Shown here: piece after piece, positions 52,729-64,000 of the stretch
How positions within the stretch are numbered: the first letter of the stretch is position 1
How the letters are laid out: each line of letters begins with the position of its first letter
Source: Camelus ferus
Lineage: Eukaryota
NCBI RefSeq assembly: GCF_009834535.1
Contig: NC_045696.1
Coordinates: 100,442,001 to 100,506,000, forward strand
Direction: 5' to 3'
Length of the DNA: 64,000 bases
Made by a program: the position numbers and the translations under genes
The notes under the pieces: model-generated
The model's input: only the letters and a program-made list of their open reading frames with translations
Told to the model about the DNA's origin: nothing
Database searches by the model: none

Positions 52729-53777
52729 GCTGTCATCACCTACCTAGTGCCTTGCATTGTGTTTTTTGCTTAATGCTAACCAGCTACACCATCTGTGGCA
52801 ATGGTCCTTATGTGACTCCAGTGCCTTCCTCATCTTCTTCAATAATACGATTTACTTAGGACATTGGCTAGAGTTTGGGGATCCAAAGAGTTACTGAATA
52901 TTGTCTTAGTTCTTGCGTGTAATCTATAAACAAGTGGTCAACTAATAATTGTAGGGAGGGTTTTCCTAGATCCAAAAAATGTTCAAGGAGGGATTGAGAC
53001 TTGGACCAAACCTCCAAGCAACGGTAAAAATACAGAAGAAAAGACACTCACAAGAGTGGAAACTGAGAAAATCCTGAGTTGGAAACACAGTTCTCCTTTC
53101 TACCCGTGTGGTCTCTGGCTCTCCAGCAAGTAACTTGTCTCACTCAGCTTCCGGTTTTCCTCTGTGAAAGAGGGTGGTAGTAATAGTGCCTGATGAATTG
53201 TCAAGGTGTAAGTTTAAAACAGACATCAAATAATATTTATGAACATGATTCGAAGATGTTGATCACATGCTTGAAGAAAAATGAACACAACAAAATAGGA
53301 GAAGAGTGATAGGAAAATGTTGGAGAGGAACATTGTGGCCAAATTTCAGACAATGCTGTGTCAGAAGTTTCAAGAAGTTTCAGGGTTCATTGTAGAGGCA
53401 CCGAGGAAGTCCTGAAAATTGTTAAGTGTGGACACTACTGTATTCTTTCAGGAAAAGTAATCTGTAATCTTGGAGCAGAATGCTTTGAAATAGCAACAGA
53501 ATTACTGTATACAAATTAGCAATGTTTTACAATATTTTAGGAGAGAGAATGCTGATTAGGTTTAGGGTAGTGATACTTGGGATATAAGGGAAGACAGAAC
53601 TATCACAAGGAAAGTAGCATCAAGTTTGAGAGCCAAATACATGTGGGGGAGTGAAGAAGCAGCTATGGTTATAGCATTATAGCCTATCCTAGTGTCGAGG
53701 CAAGTGATGGATAAATTGGACTGCAGTCCAATATTCTATTTTTGTTTGAAGCAAATTGTGTGTGTAGGGGGGGTCTA

Positions 53778-53808
53778 TGTGTGTGTGTGTGTGCGTGTGC
53801 GCGTGTGC
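53778..53808 (+). repeat. (TG)n/(CG) alternating purine-pyrimidine tract
   Basis: tgtgtgtgtgtgtgtgcgtgtgcgcgtgtgc. Confidence 0.9.
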
Positions 53809-54974
53809 TCACAGACGCACATGCATAATATTCACCAAATGGAAATACTTTAGTGTAGTTAAAACTATTCAATTGAATGAAAATACCCAAGAGTAAATGT
53901 ACATCTGATTATCTATAACAACATCTGCTTGACTATAGAAAACAGACTTTTAGGACATTACTGGTTAAGGTATACAGAAATATACTTTTGAGGGGGGGTG
54001 CTTAATCATTTAAGCAAAGAAACTTGAACCCAGTCAGAGGGATAGTAAAGCTAAAAAGCCCCAAATATCTAGGTTTAAAATTTGAAATGTAATTTACACC
54101 TCAACTATATTAATAGAACAAGATATATTTGTGAGACATATAAGATTTTTTTAAAAAAATGCTTGGCCATCAAATCCAAACTCTGAGAATGATGCATGTA
54201 ATTCTTCAGCATGTTTCAGGAAAATTGCAAAGAAACCTAGAGGAATGAGCCAGCAAAGACTTTCACTTACTACTTTAAAATAACTGTGATTTTCTTCTAT
54301 TGTCCTGTGTAGTGGCTTTCTGACGTTTTGCTCTTTGAAACTTATAATCTCTATCTTGCTGAAATGATAGATTTTAGATGAGTCAAGGCCCAAAATTAGC
54401 AGGAAAGGGCAGAGACTAAATGAAACTTTTCATTACTTGTGATTTGAAACATTTCCCATCTGACTATCCATCTTACAAAAATCTTAATTCAACATTGATA
54501 TTCCTAAAGCAAGATGGATCTAAAAAATGTTTAATATTTATTCACTGTGCAAGAAAACACTGATTTTAACAAGGGTGCAACTGTAGATTTTCTGCGTTAT
54601 AGCTTAAGCTAGAATATGTGTAAACTTGTTTTCCTTGTTTATAGTTGTCGTTTTAAAGTAGCCTCCTAAGACACATACAACTGTAAAGACTTTATTGTTA
54701 TGACAGCTTTAAAGAGCCAGATAAAAAAAAATAAACTGTTAACTCAAACATTTATTCTTACATAAAATGTAGCAAATACAATCTATTCTAAAACTTGTAT
54801 TAATAAATCTCACTGTTTTCCATTGTTCTCAATTTAATTTTTAGATGGCTGGATTTAACAGAATTTTTGTCACATGGGTAGTAAGTGGAAAGGCTTAACC
54901 GAGGTTTAATACAGTAAATTTCCATCACACCAGCACAGACAGGCTACAAACAACAACTTTGGGAACTTATTACA

Positions 54975-55365
54975 GCTATCATTTATTGAGAGTTTACAAC
55001 CTTAGGCACTGGGTTCAGACAGATTAAGTCATTTAACCATCATGACAGTAGCAGGTGCTGTTAACATCTTTATTTTATGGACAAGGAGATCCAGTGTTAC
55101 TGCTTAAGTCAATAGTTCTCCAACGTTGGTGTATATCACAATCACCAAGAGAACTATTAAAGAAAATAAAGTCTAGGCTTCTTGAAATTGATGAAGATCT
55201 GGGCCTTTGTATTTTCACTGACTCCCCCGGGTGCTTCTGAACACCACCAAGGTTGTAGAACCACTGACTTAAGTATCTTGCCTAAGGTAATACATGGCTG
55301 AGTTGATTTTTAAACCCTAATTAATGAGATGCCAACAATTTATGCTCTTAACCAACATGCTATAG
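54975..55365 (-). mobile_element. MIR split by a MER5A insertion
   Basis: 'catttattgagag...aggcactggg' resumes as 'tcttgcctaaggt...gctcttaacca'. Confidence 0.65.
55110..55266. mobile_element. MER5A-like hAT-Charlie MITE
   Basis: TIRs CAATAGTTCTC / TAGAACCACTG; 8-bp TSD gcttaagt (55102-09) / acttaagt (55267-74). Confidence 0.85.
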
Positions 55366-56334
55366 CCTCCAACTGTATTTACTCATTCTCTCAAATTACT
55401 AGAATATCTATGTGGTTTCTGAAAAAAATAAATATCTAGATAACTCCCTCCTCCTTAGGTCAAAAGGAACCAATGGTCTCTCACAGGATATAGTTGTTTT
55501 TTTTTTGTTTTTTTTTTTAACTAACTGTAATATAAAGAAGTGGACGATTGATATTAGATACAATTATAACAAATCTATGTTGTATTTTGGTGAATGGTCA
55601 CTGCAGATTTTCCAGCAGGAACAGGATAAAGGTATTGCATGAGTCTTTTCTGTATTGGAGGTGTGATTAAAGCTGGTGAATTCCGTGATGCCGGCACAGG
55701 GTGGCCCTGCAGTCCTGCGAGACTAAATACAGTGTCCCTTCAGCTTATAAACACAATATAATGAACTTTAAATAATTTGCTGCCCTTATGCACTGGACAT
55801 TGAAATACTCTGCACTATTGAGTATAAAATGAGGCTAAACATTAGCATTAATTGTTGAACATAGAAACCATCTACTTTGCAGCTCTCATTATAAATCTGT
55901 TTTGAAAACGACACAACGGACCAGCAGCCCTGAACCTCAGTCAAGTACTTCAGCATGAGAGACACTGATAACAACTACAGATGTAGTTAAGGTTTTCTTT
56001 TTCTGGCCCACAAAGTTTTGTTTTTGTTTTTTTTTTCCTGTGTTTTTGCAGAAAACGATTTTCAGACAGCTTGGGGAAAGATTCTGAAAAAGCTGAGTTT
56101 CATTTATGGACATATGGCTATAGCACCCCCTGCTGATGACTGCTGGGATTAAAGTTCGTGTGATGCTGACCTCAGAATTCACAGTTGCTGGAGCATAACG
56201 TTTCACTGTGAGACAGAACGGTAATGCTACCTCAACGTCTCTTACCTGACCTTTAGATTGCTGTTAGGTTTTCTTTGAAACTCTAAATCATCAACTTTCA
56301 TTGGATTATTTGTACTTTTTATGACCTGTTGTTT

Positions 56335-56605
56335 ATTTGTTCATTCAGTCATTCAACAAATACTTATTGAGTGCCGACTCTAGCTGGAGATATTCTAGTT
56401 GTCTGTGATATGGGTGTGAACAAAACAAAGCTTCCTCCCTCATGGGAGGAATAGTAGAGAGAGATGAAAATTGGAGAGAAGACAAAGACAGGTAAATACA
56501 TAGTAAGTCAGGTGGTGATAAGCATTATGGGGGATGAAAAAAAGAAGCAAGATAACAGAAAAAACAAATGCAGATGGAGGTTGGGAGATTGTTTTTTATA
56601 GGCTG
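56335..56605 (-). mobile_element. L2 3' end
   Basis: 'ttcattcagtcattcaacaaatacttattgagtgcc...gtgaacaaaacaaag..cctccctcatgg'. Confidence 0.8.
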
Positions 56606-58009
56606 ATCTATATTTTGTGTTATTTTCTTTACATCCTTTGAAAGAGTGCACTAAACACAAGCAAAAAGGAGAGGATGTCTGTTTCATAACCCATCTACTC
56701 TTTAGGAAAATGCACAGACTATATCTACATAACTTTGCCTCTAGTGGAAGACTTCAAAGTTTTCCTGCAGCGATGAGATGAATAGTAAGTCCCAAGCAGA
56801 AGTCAGAGCGTAAAGGGAGACAGCATTAGGCAACCCACCTGTGAGGAGTGAAATGGGAGGTGAATCTACCTGTGGAGGTGCAAGACATGTTTTTAGAAAA
56901 CCTTTTACATCCAAAATAAATGCATCAATCTTTGCCTCACAACAGAGCTACATCTGAAGCTGTTTTTTGAGACCAAGCTCTTTTTCTTTCTTTCTTTTTT
57001 AAAAATCAGAATTGTCTGTCACAAAGCTAGTAGAACAGAGCACTGTAACAAGGTCACAGCTGTTTGCACATCGCGTTTCAATGTTATTGAAAGCATGTTA
57101 TTACAGTCTCGTTCTTAACATGAACACATCTGCACAATGGAGAGGGATGGTGTTCAGCTTTGTCCCTTTTCTGGCCCCTGTCCTAAGACCACCCACGTGG
57201 CTATAGCCCCACCCTGACCATCTCTGCTGGTCAGAAGAGAGAGAGAGATTCCCTGTATGGAGCTCATATGAGCTAAATCTCAATGCAACAGAATGAATAA
57301 TTTCTGTTTCCATGCATATTAAACTAAGAAAAAGAAGAAATGAGTCGAATCTATTAAATAGCACTGGTCAGTAGAAAGAGATGCGGTTTGAAAATGAGAA
57401 CTCATAAAGAGCAGGAAGATGACAAACAGCCAGGGCATTGATTGACTTTCATTCCTCTGTCTCTTCTCCCCATTTGTATGACTTCCAAGGCAAACCCCAA
57501 CTGTGAATCAGTCAAAGCTTCTGCCCTCTCAACATCTATCGCCAAGATGCTATGCATGCTCAAGAAAAATCACACACTTTTAGGGGACTAGGAATATGCA
57601 AATTCGTGGTCCTCAAAATAGCCTGGAAAATGGTTCTCAGAATAGCCTAGAAAATTCTCATTGTGTTTTTAGTCAATTCTATCTCCTGTTTTTAACTTTG
57701 GCTTCTCTCCTCTACTGATGACCTCATCAGACTTCATCACAACCTTCCTCTCAGGAGAAGACCTACTTTCTTATTACAGACGGAGATAGAGGCCACCTGG
57801 TTGTTATCCTCTAATCTTCTGATGCTCACATTACCTTCGAAAGTCTCAGCATCTGTTAAGTTCTTCTCATCCCTCTTCCTTTGGTGGCAAAGGACTTAGT
57901 CTAGCTGTTCTAGGATGCTCCTTTTCCCAGTTCTTTCGTATCCTCAGTGAACTTGCTGTGTCATTCATCCACCCAGCCCTCCATTCCCTCTGCCTACTGG
58001 TTTTCTGAG

Positions 58010-58220
58010 GCCCTGGTACAGTAGGGTAAATCAATGGGCTTTGGGATTAGTGGGATCTGACCTTGGACAATTCGCAGGGTTTCTCTCAAACTGTTTCTTC
58101 ATCTGTCAAGTAGGGATCAGGATATCTCTGTACAGGGGTTTTGTAAGGATTAAGTGACAATACGCAAAGCACTTGGATCATAGCAAGTATTCCAAAAAAA
58201 AAATGAGGGCTTTTGTTATT
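58010..58220 (+). mobile_element. MIR fragment
   Basis: 'tgaccttggacaa...tttcttcatctgtcaagtaggg...ttgtaaggattaagtga'. Confidence 0.7.
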
Positions 58221-59159
58221 GCCTGTGTTATCCTACTGCGGCATACTACCAACTTTTGCAACTGTCCTTTTCAACGCATATTTATGTATATTTCCAATTT
58301 TACCCTTACAAAAGCTTATAATATAAGCAGGACTGATCTAGAAATGAATTCAAAGTAATAAAATTTCTTTCACAAGGTCACAGAATAGGTGGTGGTGAAA
58401 CTGAGACTCAAAATCGGATTCTCTGAATCCTGCTTCAGTGTATGTTCATCTACATTTTCTGCCTTTTTTTAGTATCTGATTCCTTATGGGGAGTATTTGA
58501 CTGTCTATGAATTTTGGATTCATTTGAACTTAGGAGTTAATGAGCTGCTATTATTACAAAATAAAGCTTGTATTTCTCTGTGCAGATATCATTTGTGTTT
58601 TCCCTTGTAGTGTGGCTTACTTACGAGTTTGATGTTCTTTATGTATGCAAAGCGGGGTAGGTGTTAATTGCATTACCTGAAGCAAAGACTACAGATGTGT
58701 GAGGTTAAAAAAACAACATGGATGTTATATAATGCTTTGTGAACAAAACTCCAAACACTTATGACAAAGACTATATAACATATGGCTTAACATCTATTGA
58801 GTTTGCAAGTGTAAAACATCCAGGGAGAGGAAATATGTGGTTTTCTTTTTTCATCAGTAATTTTTCTTATTTTATAGATTTGAGGTTTAGGAGTAATTTT
58901 GAGGAGTCAACTAGTTCAGTTGGCTGTTTTCAAGTGTATATTTAGGTCACCTGAATTTCAAGATACTTTATAGCTTATGTAAACAACTTACATCAGTATG
59001 GAATCATGTTATGTAAATGGTTTCTTCATTCCATTTGGGGAAAAATAACTATTTTTTGAACTATTAGAATAAAAACTAAGCTAGCGAATGAAGAATCGGG
59101 AATACATGAGAGGGTGCTGGCATCGATTTCAACACAGAACACAGAATTCTTACAGGAGT

Positions 59160-59988
59160 TGTAAGGACTGAAGTATTTATTCCCCTAAGCTTCTGGGAGG
59201 GTTGGAATTGCTGTGGCTGAAGAAAACTGCCTTGTTTAAGATTATACCTGGTCCCAGGGGCAGCCCCCATCCAATGGCCAATAAAGGGTTGTATAAAGGC
59301 CTGGCCTTCTTGCCTCAGTTCAGAATGGCGTGGAAGGGAGTCAAAGAGAAATAGCACCAGATACATGTTAATAAAGATGCAAAACAGATGCTGTTCAGAC
59401 CACTGCACTAGAGGAGATTGATTTCAGTATAAATGAAGCTCAATTCCAACTAAGACAAAAGTAACTGAAGTTTTTAAATGGGGAAAAGAAATGAGAGAAC
59501 AAAAAGCGGCTAAAGAAAGTGAAAATAAAAGGGAGAACAAAAAAGGTGACTAGGGGCTTCCCGGGAAATAAAAATTACAAAAGAGGGATAAAAGGAAATT
59601 ACTAAAAATGGCTTGGCAACGTAGTGAAGGACAATGTACATTTTGTAGTTGGTCAGCATTGCATTTTCTTCAGTGACGACTCAGCACAGGGGCTGGTAAC
59701 CCCTTAATGGACACGGCCTAGTGCAGGCAGAAATCAGGCAAAAGCTTCAAGCAACCCGTGTGCCATGTGGGAGCTCAGCATTCACAGACTCATCCGTTTC
59801 CAGGACTCCTTTTAGGGATGACCCGGGCGTCCACTGAGACTGCAGTGGAGCACGACATCTCCCTCTGTGCAATCTGGCCTCTACTCACTCTCTTCTCTTC
59901 CACGGATGTTGAACTCAAGATCTGTAATGAACATCTGACATGCTAATCTCCATCTGAAGCTACCTCTGCGGGAATCTAGCCTCTAACA
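59160..59988 (+). mobile_element. ERVL LTR (LTR16/LTR41-like), apparently interrupted by a second LTR-like insert at about 59330-59760
   Basis: 'cccaggggcagcccccatccaatg...gtataaaggcctggcc' and the terminus 'catgctaatctccatctga...gggaatctagcctctaaCA'. Confidence 0.55.
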
Positions 59989-62589
59989 ATGTGCTTCTTA
60001 TACCAGTAGTCCCTAGGCTGTTCACAAAGTTGAAATAGATGATTCTTTATTCTCTTCAAAGACATCGTCCTGCATAAGTCAAACATCAGTACAGCCTTAG
60101 AATATATACCAGCTACAAGATTGTGGCACTTCATTTTAGCTAAAAAGATATGGTTTATTTTGACTAACACGTTATTCCGTCATTTATGTGTTCATTTCTA
60201 CACATTCTACGTTTGAATTTTTGGTTTTTGCTGTAATGATCTATTATGTCCCAGAATAACTGAAATGGATCAATGGTTCAAAGGTGATCTACTAAATCAT
60301 AAATGTAAAGAGAGGCATCGTAATATAAATGCTGCTACTCAAACAACATTATAAATACTAATCTATTACATTTTAAGTACAGAATTAATTGGATGGTCAC
60401 AGCAAATAAATCTGGCATGAGGCTTTTAAACAAGGAGTGAAAACAAAATGCTGACAGGAAGAACTGTCTATATGAAAATTGGGTTTTATTGGATCAGTGA
60501 TCCATTCATCTCTATTCCTTGGAACATTGTTTGTATTGAAAATTTGTCAAATAACACTGTGAAATCATTGAAGGTATCACATGATTTTCAAACAAAGCAC
60601 AGTGATCTTGCTAGTCAACCAAATTTTGGTTGCTTCTACAAGAAAAAGTGAAAAATACTGCTTTCTTGCATGAAATTGATGAATTTAGTTTCAAAACATA
60701 GAGATGGATCCAAAGTTTGAGGCCTTGAACAAGAATCATACTATTTTAAAAAATATTAAAATAAATACAAAGCTATGGATAAACCTTAGCTTGAGAAAGA
60801 ATGGAACAGAAGCAATTGTTAAAACTTATTTTATTAAATAGTACTGATGGGCATCAAATTATATTAACACATTGAAAAAGTAATTACTCTCTGAGACAGA
60901 CAGTCTTATGATGGGACAGGCTATCTATGATGTGTGATGATATGTGGAGAATGAATGAGTTCCTGGCACATACGTGAGACACATTGAGCCGTAAGTGTTC
61001 TGTGAAATTGTTTTCTTTATTATGAAAACCCCATGCTATAGAAGATGTCATGCTTTAAGTTCAATCATGATTACTCTGTGAACCCTAATGAAGACTGGAA
61101 GAGCTGTGCTGGCATTAACACTGAAGAAATGCCATTTACATAGGGCCATCAAGGAAGACCATAGCTACCGGAAGTCAGCTATACCGATAGCTTTACTCAG
61201 AAAGTGTGCTTGGTGTCCAACAAAACACTTCCTGCTGCTATTTCTATGTTGAAGGAAGAAAGTGAAAATTATGAATGCGCCAAAACTTTAGCCATGTAAT
61301 TTAGGTATTATTAACATCCTGGAAAAAATAAATAAGCAACCAATATAAGATTTCTTTTCTACTCTGAAGTAAGCTCATCGAAGAATATTCATATTATTTT
61401 CTTCTATCATCCAGACTTTAAAAACTGGATTCTTTGAACACATAGGCCCCTTTTAGTGTCACCTCTTTTCCCTGCAATCTCATAGTAAAACTCTTCCAAT
61501 AATAGTTGATGTGGCCCTCTCTTTGCTGTCTTACCTCCTGTTCCTTCTCCAGCCCATTCCAGTGGGGCTTCTGTTTACACTCCTCAGTGAAACCACTTCT
61601 GTCAATGACAAACTGGCTTCCATCTCGGCAAGTTCAAGAATAAAGTCTTCAGATATTTCATCAAATTTCAGCCCGTTGACTTCCTGCTTATTCGTATACA
61701 TGTTTTATAAATATATACATGTATATAATTTGTGTTATATATTATGTGAATAAAATATGACTTATATTTAATATGAAAGACTTTTGGCAAAACACAGTCA
61801 TCCTCTATCTGAACTCCCCACTCCTTATTCCCGTTTTCAGTCTGGTAAGCTGCGTTAGATGTCCCCAAATCCAGTCTCTCTCACAGACCGCCCCGCTTCA
61901 GCCCACCCTGAGTGGCAGCCTTCTGGGGGACTGCTGCCTCCACTTCATGAGATTTCTGAGGTTGTGTGTGCCAGTCTGCTTGCTTCTTGTTGGCTTAAAA
62001 TCTGGAAGGCACTTACTTGGGTTTCAGCTGCTAAAATAAGCTGTGTCCCTTGAATCTCAAACACTTTTCTTCTTCCCCTCTCCCCAACTTTTTATTTTGA
62101 GAAATTTTCTCCTTTTGCCTTTATTTTTGTGCATTTATTTATCTATTGTCATTTTAAAGGCACTTAAAAAATATAAGTAAGTATGTGTGATAATTCTGCC
62201 ATATTTAACCAGAATCATTCCCCCCTCCTTACAATAGTTTTTTGTGTATTTTCAGATACAGGAACATTCCTCCTCTAAGTCTTACCTTATTAGCCACTCT
62301 TTCTAAAACTCCTTTTACAGATAGTGACTTTTCTCCCAGCCCCTACATTTCGGAATGTTCTGAGTTTCAGGACTCAGCTCTGTTCTCTTTTCTGCCTTTT
62401 CTTTTCCAGGCCCAGGGTCTTATATAACATCTATACACTAATCCCCAAATATATGTCTTCTGCCCCAAGCGCTACCAAAAGCTCCAGCTAAATAATCCAA
62501 ACTCCCACAGAAAATGTTCATATCTAAAAGGCATCTAGAACTAATATGCCCCTGGCAGAATTTTGATCTTTTTCTTTCCCTGCCAAATT

Positions 62590-62760
62590 GTCCTGTTTTC
62601 TTTTTAATTGTTTTCCTACAGTGCAGAAACATGGAAGCTCAAAACCTATGTTTTCTAGATTCTCTTGCAGCTAGACATGCTTTAGGTTCTGCAGTAGATG
62701 CACTGGGAAAGGCTTACTTTCTGAGTTAAGTGGATACAGAGGTAGCACTACACTTTGCCG
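62590..62760. mobile_element. Old ERVL LTR fragment (LTR33/LTR16-like)
   Basis: 'ttttctagattctcttgcagctag'. Confidence 0.35.
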
Positions 62761-63169
62761 GTGCAGACCTGGCAGCGATTTGGTGTCAATTATTTCTAAT
62801 ATCATCGTCTTGATCTCCAGGTCTCACTTAAAGCATTATGCTCCTTGGAGCTTAACTTTTGTAGTGTCGGCTTCTGACTCAGTGAACTGTGGCTAAGTGT
62901 GTAACCCTGAAAAAGTTTGAAGAATGGCTCGCTGGTCACCTTAGTGTGGCCGACTTAGCATATTTCAGGGTAGGCCAGGTTTTTTCTTGCATTTCCTGGA
63001 GTAATTTTTCAAGTCCAAGTTTAAAAGTTGCTATTCTTGCTCATCCACTAACTTTGGAGCCCATAATGTCACATTTTGTATCTTCTGCTTGAAATATTTC
63101 TCAAAAAACTTGATTGATACAGAAGGGATAGCTATTTACTACAAATGGATGTTGAAAAGTTGGAGCAGA

Positions 63170-63808
63170 CATGTGCATTGCAGCATTTTTCACTATGGCC
63201 AAGATATAGAAATAGCCTGAGTGTCCATCAACAGATGAATAAAGAAAATGTGAGTTGTATCTGTGTGTATATATCCACATATTGTATACACACAATAGAC
63301 TATTATTCAGTCACAACAAGAAGGCAGTCCTGTCACTTGTGGCAACATGGATGGACCTTGAGGTCATCATACTAAGTGAAATAAATTAGGCAAAAAAAAA
63401 TACTGTGTGATTTCACATATAAGCCAACTCTAAAAACATCGAACTCACAGAAACAGAGAGTAAATGGTGATTGCTAAGTGTGAGGGGGTCAGGGAAATGA
63501 GGAGATGTTGGTCAAAGGGTACAAATATTCAGGTAGAAGATGAATAAATATTGGGGACCTAAGATTTAGCCCAATGACTATAGTTAACAATATTGTTTGG
63601 TATAATTGAAAGTTGCTTTGAGAGTAGACCTTTAATCTTCTCGCCATAACAACACCACCAACAACAAAATAATAATTTTGTGAATGAAGGATGTGTTAAC
63701 TAATCTTACTATGGTAAATATTTTGCAATATATTCATGTATCAAATCATCACATGTGCACTTTAAACTTACACCGTATATGTCAACTACATCTCAGTAAA
63801 GCTGGAGC
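63170..63808 (+). mobile_element. L1MA-like 3' end
   Basis: 'atgtgcattgcagcatttttcactatggccaaga...gtgtccatcaacagatgaat...gatgttggtcaaagggtacaaa...catctcagtaaagctgg'. Confidence 0.9.
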
Positions 63809-64000
63809 ATAAAGCTGAAATCCACAGACATTATGGACATCCACTATAAAAGTACCCCTCTTAGAGAGTTTGATTGAATGAGGGTCCATATTTTCTGAAT
63901 ATTTTAGCAAGTTAAATATAACACCAGAAATATTTTACAGCAGTCAACTTTTATATAAGCTGTGCAAAATATTTTTCAAGTGCTAATTTCCTTTGGTTAT

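Noticed and set aside
1..64000. A novel multi-gene system, operon or CRISPR array
   Set aside because: The window is eukaryotic, repeat-rich, non-coding DNA. The longest ORF is 171 aa, and I saw no regularly spaced repeat-spacer array.

Overview
AT-rich, CpG-depleted mammalian genomic DNA, either a gene desert or a large intron. It is most likely camelid: two tRNA-Ala-derived SINEs of the Vic-1 type and a camelid-style L1 3' end are present. I could not support any protein-coding exon. The ORF track consists of chance ORFs, low-complexity translations and decayed L1 ORF2 pieces. Much of the window is transposable-element fossils: L1 fragments of several ages, L2, L3/CR1, MIR, six solo ERV1-type LTRs (three with perfect 4-bp target-site duplications, TSDs), ERVL/MaLR LTRs, and hAT (Charlie1, MER5A, MER63, Tip100-like) and Tigger DNA transposons, several of them nested. 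Between them are repeat-free islands with clustered developmental transcription-factor motifs, which are candidate conserved non-coding elements. I see no evidence of a new multi-gene system. The best leads are a SINE plus L1-tail composite inside one TSD, a dense TGACA (MEIS/TGIF-type) motif cluster, a non-coding exon-like unit, an unexplained diverged direct repeat, and a four-layer nested TE stack. Repeat family names come from memory of consensus sequences, not from a database search. Edges without a stated TSD are approximate.
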